From Planctomycetota bacterium (GTDB taxonomy: Bacteria; Planctomycetota; UBA8108; SXIK01): a DNA stretch of 64,000 nucleotides. A program made the translations under genes and the position numbers. The notes under the pieces were generated by a model. The model saw only the letters and a list, made by a program, of their open reading frames with translations. It was not told the origin of the DNA and searched no databases. The stretch covers positions 3,936,001-4,000,000 of the forward strand of contig CBDCXR010000004.1 of NCBI GenBank assembly GCA_965223845.1, written 5' to 3'. Below, in pieces: positions 28,649 through 37,639 of this stretch (its first letter is position 1; each line of letters starts with the position of its first letter).

Positions 28649-30046
28649 CTACGGAATCGATGGCTCGATGCGCACGACTCGCCGGACGAAGCCCGCGTCG
28701 TGCTCGGTGATGAGGAGATTGCCGAATCGATCCGCCGTGACGCTTCGCACCCGGCTGATCTTCTTCCCGGGCGCGTCGAACGCTTCTCCGTCGCCCGAAT
28801 GCTCGCCGTCGGGCCCGCCGTCGATGAAGAGGTGGATCACGCCCTCGGAATCGACGTACCACACTTGACTCCCCGCCTGCGTCGCGAGGAAGTACCCGGA
28901 CGACTCCTCGACGAGACCACGCGGGAGCCAAATTCCGCGCACTTCGTCGAGTGCGGTTTCGAGCGCGTTCGCACCGTCGATGCCGTCGCCCGTCGCGCCG
29001 TTTCCGGCGATCGCCGTTCGCGTCCCCGCGCCGTCGACGCGGTATACGCGGTGGGCGTTGCGATCGGTCGCGAGCAAATCGCCTGTCGACGGCTCGACGA
29101 CGAAGTTCCCGAGCTGCGAAAAGCCCGTCGCGAAGGCGACCGCACCGTCGTCGGGCGTCCAGCGTACGATCGCAGTACGCGATGCGACGTACGCCAAGGT
29201 CTCATCGTCGCTCACCCAAAGACCGCGCCCGGTCCGCAGTCCGCCCACCGAGAAGAGTGTCGTCATCGTCCCTTCGACCGATACGCGCCGGATCTTCTCG
29301 TTGTCCTTGTCGAGAATGTAGAACGTTCCGTCGCCACGCACCCAGAGCCCGTTCGGCTCTGCGAGACGTCGCTCGACCGCGGGGCCGGCCTCGTCGCCAT
29401 CGTCGCCCGCCTCTCCTGTTCCGGCGACCGTCGTGATGCTGCCGCTCGGGGTGACGCGACGAATCGCGTGAGCGTCTTTATCCGCGATGAAGATGTTGCC
29501 CTCGTCATCGCTGAGTGCGATGTGGGGCCGAGAGAGCTCGGCTTCGGTCGCCGCGCCTCCCTCAAAGTCGGACTCCCAGGCGTTCACCGCCCCCGGGTTT
29601 TCGCCCTTCCCGGCGATCGTCTCGATCATCCCGAAGCTCGCGCGAATGCGGTCGATCTCTTCGAGCTCGGTCGCGCAGGCATCGAACCGCTCGCACGGTA
29701 GAGCTTCGCTCTCCTCGCCGACGCCGCAGTCGGGAAACGGATCGACCGGCGGCGGTCCGTCCCCGAAGAGGTAATTGAGGGTGTAGATGGGGTCGACGAT
29801 CGTGAGCGAGCCATTGGCGTCGACGTCCGCCGCACGCTCGCAGTCGAGAGGCTCGCCGTCGGCGAAGAGATAGAGGAGAGTCCGGATCGGATCGGTGATC
29901 TGAAGCCCGCCGCTCGCGTCCGAATCCCCCCGAATGAACGAAATCGCAGCCGACGCGCTCGGACTCCCGAGGGTGAGGCCAAGGAGAAGAATCGCGAGGA
30001 GGCCGCGGGGCGCAGGTCGCCATCGATCATCTCGCCGTCGAATCAT
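28649..30046 (-). CDS. Secreted protein with N-terminal dockerin-like domain and NHL-repeat beta-propeller
   Basis: FIRGDSDASGGLQITD...AADVDANGSLTIVD; repeated T(I/V)AG.G..G..GD.G.A....L..P NHL units. Confidence 0.85.
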   Translation of the reverse strand: MIRRRDDRWRPAPRGLLAILLLGLTLGSPSASAAISFIRGDSDASGGLQITDPIRTLLYLFADGEPLDCERAADVDANGSLTIVDPIYTLNYLFGDGPPPVDPFPDCGVGEESEALPCERFDACATELEEIDRIRASFGMIETIAGKGENPGAVNAWESDFEGGAATEAELSRPHIALSDDEGNIFIADKDAHAIRRVTPSGSITTVAGTGEAGDDGDEAGPAVERRLAEPNGLWVRGDGTFYILDKDNEKIRRVSVEGTMTTLFSVGGLRTGRGLWVSDDETLAYVASRTAIVRWTPDDGAVAFATGFSQLGNFVVEPSTGDLLATDRNAHRVYRVDGAGTRTAIAGNGATGDGIDGANALETALDEVRGIWLPRGLVEESSGYFLATQAGSQVWYVDSEGVIHLFIDGGPDGEHSGDGEAFDAPGKKISRVRSVTADRFGNLLITEHDAGFVRRVVRIEPSIP

Positions 30047-30250
30047 GAAACAAGCCTCGTTCGGAGTCGTCGCTTACGCGGGGACGTGCGCTAAATGCGC
30101 TTCCGCCCGGTTTGCGGAAGAATCAGTGTGAGAAACTCGCTAGGATAAGGCGCCGCTCGCCGGAAGGCTAACGCGCCAATCGACCGGACGGGACCGACCC
30201 GTACTCACGTCACCGGACAAGCCACCAACGAATCGAGAGGAGAGTTGATC

Positions 30251-30598
30251 GTGTCCGACAACGAACCCCGCCTGATCGGTGCGATCGTTCTCGTTCTCCT
30301 GCTCGTCGTCGGAGGCGCCGCCGCGGGATTCTTCTTCTATCTCCGGGCCCACGAACAGGCGGCCTACGAGAAGGAGCTCCTCCGACAAGAGGAGGCGCTT
30401 TTCGAGGCCGAGCAACGCGAACTCGCGGAAGAGGAGGCACGCCTCCTCGAGGCAGCGCGGCGGAGCGACGACGCCAACTCGGGCGCGGCGGAGACGACCG
30501 AAGCGGTCGGCGTCATCGCGGAAGGCTCGGCGGGGGCCGACTCGTCCGCCGAAGGCGCGACGGACCCAGCCTCGACGGAAGAGGCAGTCGGGCGATAG
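30251..30598 (+). CDS. Small single-pass membrane protein with acidic coiled tail
   Basis: GAGGAG RBS before GTG; hydrophobic LIGAIVLVLLLVVGGAAAGFFFY. Confidence 0.6.
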   Translation: MSDNEPRLIGAIVLVLLLVVGGAAAGFFFYLRAHEQAAYEKELLRQEEALFEAEQRELAEEEARLLEAARRSDDANSGAAETTEAVGVIAEGSAGADSSAEGATDPASTEEAVGR

Positions 30599-30613
30599 CT
30601 CAAAGCGGAGAGA

Positions 30614-32050
30614 CTACTCGAGCTCGAGCGGCTGCTCGTTCGCCGGATCGGCACCGAACGCTCGGCGAAATCCGCCTGCCGCGCCGCCGACGGTCTTCCC
30701 GGGTCCAGAGAGCTTGAGGAAGTACGCACCGCCCTTCGTTTCGATGATCGCCGCGAGGACGCGCGCGTTCGGCACGCGCTTCGTCTGCCCCCGAATCGGG
30801 GGGCCGATCGGCATGTTGTAAGTCCCGCGGATGTCCGCGACGACGTAGTTTCCTTGCGCGCACTTTCCCTGTCGGAGCTCGACCTTACGTCCTTCGGGTT
30901 CGAACTGTTTGATCCAGCGATCGAGATTCATGGCGACTCCCCCGCCGCCCCCTGCGCCGAAGAAGAAGACGACGAACTCGGCATCGTTCGCGTCCCCGCC
31001 CGCTGCAGGTACCGTCGCCTGCGCCTTGCGGAACTGATTGCGCGGCGGAGCGGTCTTCCAGTTCGCCGGCAGCGCCAGACGCAGGTCGCCCGCTTGAATG
31101 CTTCTTGCCGCCGCACCGCGGAGCGGAGCCGCGAACACGTTCGTCTCCAAGGAGTAAAGGCTCGTTCGCGCGGTGACGTAGAGCGTTCGTCCCTTCGGTC
31201 CGCCGAAGATGCAGTTCGCCGGTTTCTCGGGAATGTCGATCCTTCCGATGAGCTTTCCCGCCGGGTCGAGAACGACGAGCTTCTTGTAGGTCGCGTAGAT
31301 GTTTCCCGACGCATCCAGCGTCATGCCGTCCGGGCCGCGCCCGTCCTCTTCTTCGTCGCCGGTGAAGAGAAGCGTTCGCTCGCCGAGAACGCCGGGCGAC
31401 TTGATGGCGTAGCGAAAGAGCTGCCGATGATCGATCTCGGCGACGTAAAGGAAGCGGCCATCATTCGACACGAGGATCCCGTTCGGACGGGTGAGATCAG
31501 CGATGACACGCGTGAGCTTCCCCGCGGCATTGATGTAGTAGACCCCCATCACGTCCTGCTGGCGGTCTTCGGGCTTCCCGTAGTGGGGATCGGTGAAGTA
31601 CAGGCCGCCGTGATCGTCGAGGGCGAGGTCGTTCGGACTGTTGAGCTTCTTCCCGCCGTACTCCTCGGCGAGGACGGTCACCTCGCCTTTCTTGTCGGGA
31701 TCGAGTTTGACGACGCGGTGCTCGCCTCCCTGACACGCGTAGAGGACGCCGCTCGCGTCGAACGCGAGGCCGTTCGCACGTCCCGACGGCTTCAGAAACT
31801 CGCTACTCGTCCCGTCGTGGTTCACGCGCAGGACGCGGCTGTTCGGAATGTCGCTGAAGAGGAGGTAGCCGCGCGGACTGTAGGCCGGCCCTTCCGTGAA
31901 ACGACAAGCGTCGACGACGCGGCGTACCTGGGCGTCCGGTGAGACGAGATCGGCGAGCGAAGTTTCGAGAGGATGCGGCTCTGCGGAAGCCAGACGAAGC
32001 GCGACGAGAACACACGAGGTCGTAACGACGAGCGAAGGCACACGACGCAT
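30614..32050 (-). CDS. Secreted SMP-30/gluconolactonase fused to a C-terminal domain of unknown function
   Basis: FTEGP, FSDIP, LNSPND, YFTDP, RPNGI, PDGMTLD, NCIFGG; extra C-terminal domain with FFFG.GGGGGV.MNLDRW..QF. Confidence 0.85.
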   Translation of the reverse strand: MRRVPSLVVTTSCVLVALRLASAEPHPLETSLADLVSPDAQVRRVVDACRFTEGPAYSPRGYLLFSDIPNSRVLRVNHDGTSSEFLKPSGRANGLAFDASGVLYACQGGEHRVVKLDPDKKGEVTVLAEEYGGKKLNSPNDLALDDHGGLYFTDPHYGKPEDRQQDVMGVYYINAAGKLTRVIADLTRPNGILVSNDGRFLYVAEIDHRQLFRYAIKSPGVLGERTLLFTGDEEEDGRGPDGMTLDASGNIYATYKKLVVLDPAGKLIGRIDIPEKPANCIFGGPKGRTLYVTARTSLYSLETNVFAAPLRGAAARSIQAGDLRLALPANWKTAPPRNQFRKAQATVPAAGGDANDAEFVVFFFGAGGGGGVAMNLDRWIKQFEPEGRKVELRQGKCAQGNYVVADIRGTYNMPIGPPIRGQTKRVPNARVLAAIIETKGGAYFLKLSGPGKTVGGAAGGFRRAFGADPANEQPLELE

Positions 32051-32182
32051 GGAATCGTCTCCTGGCGACGGGAATCAGCGAACGGGGGAAGGCTCGGTCG
32101 CGATCGACCGATCGATCGGCGAGCATTCTACCGCGCGGATCCCGGGATGACCCCGCGCGTTCGCACGTTTCGTCGCGAGCGT

Positions 32183-32602
32183 CTACAGATCCTTCGAGCG
32201 CGGAGGCGGATCGGCCTTCGGCGGTGGCTCGGAATCGGTTTCCGCTTCCGGCGCCGGCTCGGCTGGTGCTTCGTCGACCTCCACGGTCGCGTCGCGCCCC
32301 TTCGGGACGACGAGCCGGATGAATTGGAGCAGTGTCTGCTGACTCTTCTCGTCGGTGGTCACCGTAAGCGTTCCGTCCGTTCGAACGGTCTCCATCTCGA
32401 CGAGCGCGTAGTCCGCGAGGAATCGCTCGAGTCGTTCCGCCTGCTCGACTTCGAGCCGGTAATCCGCTCGCGTCAGGTAGCGAACATTGTGCTCGCGATT
32501 TCGCAGCGTACGACAACCGGAGGCTCCGGCCGTGAGGACGACCGCAAGGGCGACGACAGACGCCGCGCGCAGCGGACGGGGGAGGTTCATTCGCGAGAGC
32601 AT
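32183..32602 (-). CDS. Hypothetical lipoprotein
   Basis: Hydrophobic leader ending AGASGC (lipobox-like). Confidence 0.6.
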   Translation of the reverse strand: MLSRMNLPRPLRAASVVALAVVLTAGASGCRTLRNREHNVRYLTRADYRLEVEQAERLERFLADYALVEMETVRTDGTLTVTTDEKSQQTLLQFIRLVVPKGRDATVEVDEAPAEPAPEAETDSEPPPKADPPPRSKDL

Positions 32603-32876
32603 CGAGAGGTCCTTTCACATCGCGGACGCGTCGTGGACGCCGGAGCGCCGTGCGCTTCGACGATCCTCATCGTCCGATCTCGGTTCGGAATCGGGACGTG
32701 CGTTCCCACGCAACCGCGTTGAAAGCTCCATGCCACCGCCGCAGTGCGCGACCGACGACTCGATGCCGAGCGAACTTGCGACGCGCCGGGGCCGGTCGAG
32801 AAACGCGCCGCGCGAGAGAATGTGCCCCGATCTTGGGCGATGCGGTGCATTTCGTTTCGCTCGCGACCGGGACGCC

Positions 32877-33839
32877 TCACCGGAGCCCCACCGCGCGGTA
32901 GACCCGCGCGAGTGTCGCATCTCCGACGACGCGAGCTCGCTTCGCCCCGTCGTCGAGGATGTCGCGGACGCGATCCGGATCCCGGGCGAGCTCCTCGCGG
33001 CGCTCGCGAAACGGGCCGAAGTAGTCGAGGACCTTCGCGAGCAGCTCCTTCTTCGCGTCGCCGTAGCCGTATCCACCCGCTCGGAACCGTTCCGCCATCG
33101 CCGCGACGTCACCGGCAGGCGCGACGAGCTGGTAGAGCTGGTAGACGGTATTCGTCTCGGGGTCCTTGGGTTCCTCGACTCCCTTCGAGTCCGTCACGAT
33201 CTTCATGATCGAGCTCTTCAGCCGTTTCTTCGACGCAAACATCTCGATCGTGTTCCCGTAGCTCTTCGACATCTTCTGCCCGTCCGTCCCGGGAACCGCC
33301 TCAGCGCCCTTCTCGACCTCGGCGTCGGGTAGAACGAGCGTCTCTCCGTAGAGATGGTTGAACCGCTGCGCGACATCACGCGTGACTTCGAGGTGCTGCA
33401 CCTGGTCCTTTCCGACCGGGACGCGCTCCGAGTCGTAGAGGAGGATGTCGGCCGCCATGAGGACCGGGTACGAGAAGAGCCCGTGGCTCGCTTCGATCCC
33501 CTTGGCGAGCTTGTCCTTGTAGCTGTGACAGCGCTCGAGGAGCCCCATCGACGTAATCGTAGACAGCACCCACGCGAGCTCGACGACCTGCGGGACGTCC
33601 GACTGTCGAAAGAGAACGGCGCGCGACGGATCGAGTCCGGCGGCGAGATAATCGAGCGCTACGTCGTAAACGTTTTCGCGCAGCGTCTCCGCGTCGCGGA
33701 TCGTCGTGAGCGCGTGGTAGTCCGCGATGAAATAGAAGCACTCGTGCGCGTCCTGGCGTGCGACGTGCTGGCGCATCGCGCCGAAGTAATTCCCGAGGTG
33801 GAGGATTCCGGAGGGTTGGATACCCGATAGGTAACGCAT
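32877..33839 (-). CDS. trpS: Tryptophan--tRNA ligase
   Basis: [41 protein letters not shown]. Confidence 0.97.
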   Translation of the reverse strand: MRYLSGIQPSGILHLGNYFGAMRQHVARQDAHECFYFIADYHALTTIRDAETLRENVYDVALDYLAAGLDPSRAVLFRQSDVPQVVELAWVLSTITSMGLLERCHSYKDKLAKGIEASHGLFSYPVLMAADILLYDSERVPVGKDQVQHLEVTRDVAQRFNHLYGETLVLPDAEVEKGAEAVPGTDGQKMSKSYGNTIEMFASKKRLKSSIMKIVTDSKGVEEPKDPETNTVYQLYQLVAPAGDVAAMAERFRAGGYGYGDAKKELLAKVLDYFGPFRERREELARDPDRVRDILDDGAKRARVVGDATLARVYRAVGLR

Positions 33840-33923
33840 GAAACGAAGCGTCTCCCAAAAATCTCGTCCGTCGCTCGATCGACGCGCTCTGATTCCCGAT
33901 CGAATCGGCGGTTGGCCGGCGCC

Positions 33924-34835
33924 TCAGGCGTCGCGCTCTTCATCGCCCTCTTCCGCGAGCCAGTCGCGCGGAGAGCGAAGTGCGGCGAGAAGCTCGGCCT
34001 CCGGGCCCTCGTCGGGAAACGCGGGATCGTAATCCCAGTGCACCGCGGGTGGAAGAGACATGAGGATCGATTCGATCCGCCCCTTCGAGCGCAATCCGAA
34101 TACGGTGCCTCGGTCGTAGAGAAGATTGAACTCGACGTACCTCCCGCGGCGGAGAAGCTGAAACTCGCGCTCGGAGTCGTTCCACGGCTCGTTCTTGCGA
34201 CGCTCGACAATGGGGACGTAGGCGTCGAGAAACGCTCCGCCGAGGTCCTTCCACCACGCCAGCAGTCGCTCTCGTCCAGCCGCATCGTCGGCCGAAAGGT
34301 GGTCGAAAAAAATTCCGCCGATCCCCCGGCCTTCGCCCCGGTGCGGGAGGTAGAAGTACTCGTCGCACCACTTCTTGAAGCGCGCGTAGTAGCCGGGATC
34401 GTAGCGGTCGCAGACGTCCTTCCACACGCGGTGAAAACCACGGGCGTCCTCGGGAAAGAGAACGTACGGAGTGAGGTCGGCTCCGCCGCCGAACCACCAG
34501 CGTTCGCCGCGCTCGAGGTAGCGAAAGTTCGCGTGCACGGTCGGGACTCGAGGATGTCGCGGGTGGAGGACGAGCGAAATCCCGGTCGCGTAGAATGAGC
34601 TTCCTTCACCGGCGAGCTGATCGGAGAGCTTCGCGTCGACTTCGCCGTGCACCTCGGAGACGTTCACCCCACCCTTCTCGAACACGCCGCCGTCACGAAT
34701 CACCCGCGTACGCCCGCCGCCGCCGCCGGGACGCGTCCAGAGGTCCTCCCGAAACGGACACCCATCGAGCGCCGATAGGCGCTCGGTGATGGTGTCCTGA
34801 AGCTCGTAGACAAACTGGCGGCAGGTCTCGCGCAA
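33924..34835 (-). CDS. hemF: Oxygen-dependent coproporphyrinogen III oxidase
   Basis: FEKGGVNVS, PTVHANFRY, WWFGGGADLTP, RGRYVEFNLLYDRGT.FGL; TTG start with GGGAGG RBS. Confidence 0.97.
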   Translation of the reverse strand: MRETCRQFVYELQDTITERLSALDGCPFREDLWTRPGGGGGRTRVIRDGGVFEKGGVNVSEVHGEVDAKLSDQLAGEGSSFYATGISLVLHPRHPRVPTVHANFRYLERGERWWFGGGADLTPYVLFPEDARGFHRVWKDVCDRYDPGYYARFKKWCDEYFYLPHRGEGRGIGGIFFDHLSADDAAGRERLLAWWKDLGGAFLDAYVPIVERRKNEPWNDSEREFQLLRRGRYVEFNLLYDRGTVFGLRSKGRIESILMSLPPAVHWDYDPAFPDEGPEAELLAALRSPRDWLAEEGDEERDA

Positions 34836-35046
34836 GCTCTCGCCTCCCTACTCCGTGGCGCTCCGAGTCTCGCCCCATCGGCGAAGCCACCGCTCCTCGC
34901 ACGGTCGACTCGCGCGAAATCTCGAGTCTCGACCGAACGTCCTACACGGGCGACCGAAGTCGGTCGCACCGCTGCAAGACTCTATAAAAAAAGAACTTAA
35001 GTCAACTGCTCAACATCTACAAAACGCGTTTGGACCGGAAAATTCC

Positions 35047-35076
35047 TTGCGAGCTCCGCCCCGACAGCGAGATAAT
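35047..35076 (+). promoter_or_regulatory. Possible sigma-70 promoter for the small ORF and PafA-like gene
   Basis: TTGCGA-N18-GATAAT preceded by a conspicuously AT-rich tract (about 34975-35025). Confidence 0.45.
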
Positions 35077-35232
35077 CCCTTTATTCACTGTCGGAAGGCA
35101 ACTTGACGCCGACCGCGAGTGGACCCCGGCAGTGATGGGAGAGGGCTGTGAAAGCACCGAAATCGGGCCGCCGAAGCGAACCCGAGCGTGGTGCGTGTGG
35201 ATTCACGGCATGGGAACGCACGGGGAGCACCG

Positions 35233-35418
35233 ATGAAAGCTGACGCCGAAGCGAATCAGGCCTCGACTCCTTCGACTCCGTTCGACGCGGAGAGAACGGC
35301 GAAGAGAGCCCGGCAGGCGCTTATTCGTCGCGACTTGTACGCGCTTCTTTTGAGCGACGCCAAAGATCGAGCGAGTGACTATCCGGCCCGGTTTCAGGTC
35401 GGTAGCGGCGCCGAATAG
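35233..35418 (+). CDS. Small protein (61 aa) ending in GSGAE; candidate modifier tag
   Basis: GGGGAG RBS 5 nt before ATG 35233; MKADAEANQASTPSTPFD...DYPARFQVGSGAE*; lies upstream of the PafA-like gene. Confidence 0.45.
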   Translation: MKADAEANQASTPSTPFDAERTAKRARQALIRRDLYALLLSDAKDRASDYPARFQVGSGAE

Positions 35419-35634
35419 GACACACGCCTCCGCGCGGCGGTGGCGACGAGAGCGGGACCGGAACTCGAGGCCAGGGCGCTCGAGGCTCGGAACCGTCACC
35501 CTCTCGTGTTCTGCCCGGGAACGGCCGGGTCGACTTGATTTTGGCTCGCGCGCAAGAACGCCGGCGTCGGTCGAGCGGGAGCTACTTCCGCGGTCCGCTT
35601 CCTCTCGAAGATTCGAACGACGGCGGCCGCGACC

Positions 35635-37557
35635 ATGACCAGCTTCGAGCACGAATCGCCGCCCGGCGACGCCGCCGCCCGAGGCGAAGGCGCCCTCCCC
35701 GCCGGAGGGCCGCGTCCCGGGATCTTCGGTCTCGAGACGGAGTACGCGATCCTCTACGACGGCGACGACGAGCCGCCGTTCGAGACGATCGAAAAAGTCC
35801 TCTTCGAGGCACTCCTCAGCGGACGTAAGGCCGCTCAGTCCGGAGGGCTGAAGGGCGGATACTTCCTCGCGAACGGCGGCATGCTCCACCTCGAGGCGTA
35901 CATCCGCCGCCAGGCCGATACCCGAATACTCGAGCTGGCCACGCCCGAGTGTCGGAGCGCGATGGATCTCACCGTCTACTCGCGCGCATTCGACAACATC
36001 CTCGAGGAGACGAGCACGCGATCGCAGGTGGCGCTCGAAGCACTCGGGTACGACGGAAAGATCGTCTTCGCGAAGAACAATATGGATTCGCGCCAGATCG
36101 GTTACGGCTGTCACGAAAACTATCTCACCTACTACCGCCCGCCCCCGTCCGCGCTCTGGCTCTTCCTCCTCGCTACGCCGCTCCTTCTCCTCTCCCTGAT
36201 CCCCATCGTCATCAGCATCGTCTGCGGTCTCCTCCTCGTCTACGTTCCGCTGACGATCGGATTCTTGATCGCGCCGGTCGGACGCTTCTTCCGGTGGCTC
36301 TACGAGCGCGCGATCGAGACGCGCCCGTGGATCACCGAGAACGTGCGCGGCGGTCTCATCTTGTTTCTCACCCTCCTGCTTCTCCTCCCGGTGAAACTCT
36401 ACACGTGGATCCTCCGCCGGGTCGCGTTCGTGCCGCTCCTCGCGGAGCTCACTCCGTTCCTCGTCACGCGACAAGTCTTCGCGGGAACCGGCTACGTCAA
36501 CTTTCGCGAAGGGGTCTTCGAGCTTTCTCAGCGCCCCTTCCTCACGCGCTCCCTAGCCACGATCACGCTTCTCGGGCGGAAGAAGACAGTGTTCGACTTG
36601 AAGGGGTTTCTCTTCGATCCGTGGCAGCTCTTTCGACGAACGAAGAAGCTCACGGTGAGCGTCGGCGATTCGAATCTCTCGGACGTGCCGCTCTTCCTCA
36701 AGGTCGGAACGACTGCCCTCCTCGTCGAAATGCTCGAGCGCGGCGAGTCGTTTCGCGACCTGCGCCTCCGACGACCGATCCGAGCGCTGCGCGAAATCTC
36801 CCGCGGGGGACCGTGGAAGCAGGTACGCCTCGCCCGCGGCGAGCAGCTCTCGGCGATCGAGCTCCAGCGGGCCTACCTCCGTCGAGCGCAGGCGTTCTTC
36901 GCGGATCGAGCCGACGACAAGTCGGGTCACGACGAGATCCTGCGCCTCTGGGAAGAGACGCTCGATCGTCTCGCGGACCGGCCTCAACTGCTCGCCGACA
37001 CTCTCGATTGGGTGGCGAAGAAATCGCTCCTCGACCAGGCCGTCCTCGCGGTGGGAAACTGGAAGACATTCTTCGCGTGGGGACGAGTCCTGCGCGCCGC
37101 CGGGTCGGAGTGCGCCGCGTCCGCGCGAAGCGCGAGCGAGCTTCTTCGGCTCGCGCCGTGGTACCGACGGCGGAGAGCCCGCCGGCTTCTCGACTCGCAA
37201 GACCTCGAGCGCGGGGAGTTCACCGCCTACCGCGATCTCTATTTCCAGGCCCAGAACATCGACCTTCGCTTCCACGAGCTCGGCGCGTCCGAAGGCTATC
37301 AGCGTCAACTCGAGGACGCGGGCTTGATCGATCGCATGACTGACGACGAGACCGTGCTTCGCGCCGAAGACACTCCCCCGCCCGATACTCGGGCTCGCGT
37401 CCGCGGCTACTACATCGCCGAGAGCGCCAAGCCGGAGCACGTCATCGCCTCGTGGAACGAAATCGAGCTCCTCGATCCGCCGCGGCACGTCCCCCTCCCC
37501 GATCCGTTCTTTTCCCGCGTGCCGACGGATACTGACGACAGCGACCAGGCCGGCTGA
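35635..37557 (+). CDS. Pup-ligase/Dop (PafA-family) homologue with transmembrane insertion
   Basis: IFGLETEY, FLANGG, ELATPEC, KNNMDS...YGCHENY, PFLVTRQVFAGTG, FELSQR, VGDSNLS...LKVGTTAL, LDWVAK, IDLRFH, PPPDTRARVRG, SW, LPDPF. Confidence 0.9.
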   Translation: MTSFEHESPPGDAAARGEGALPAGGPRPGIFGLETEYAILYDGDDEPPFETIEKVLFEALLSGRKAAQSGGLKGGYFLANGGMLHLEAYIRRQADTRILELATPECRSAMDLTVYSRAFDNILEETSTRSQVALEALGYDGKIVFAKNNMDSRQIGYGCHENYLTYYRPPPSALWLFLLATPLLLLSLIPIVISIVCGLLLVYVPLTIGFLIAPVGRFFRWLYERAIETRPWITENVRGGLILFLTLLLLLPVKLYTWILRRVAFVPLLAELTPFLVTRQVFAGTGYVNFREGVFELSQRPFLTRSLATITLLGRKKTVFDLKGFLFDPWQLFRRTKKLTVSVGDSNLSDVPLFLKVGTTALLVEMLERGESFRDLRLRRPIRALREISRGGPWKQVRLARGEQLSAIELQRAYLRRAQAFFADRADDKSGHDEILRLWEETLDRLADRPQLLADTLDWVAKKSLLDQAVLAVGNWKTFFAWGRVLRAAGSECAASARSASELLRLAPWYRRRRARRLLDSQDLERGEFTAYRDLYFQAQNIDLRFHELGASEGYQRQLEDAGLIDRMTDDETVLRAEDTPPPDTRARVRGYYIAESAKPEHVIASWNEIELLDPPRHVPLPDPFFSRVPTDTDDSDQAG

Positions 37558-37639
37558 GCGCGCCGGAATCTCGCCGAGTCGCCGGGAGCTCACCGCCGAT
37601 CACGAACCGAAGAAGAGAAGAAGAGAAGAAGAGTTCTCC

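Noticed and set aside
35137-35185. GGAGAG...CACCGAA...CGCCGAAG resembling a glycine riboswitch
   Set aside because: The required CTCTCAGG segment is absent and no glycine-related gene follows.
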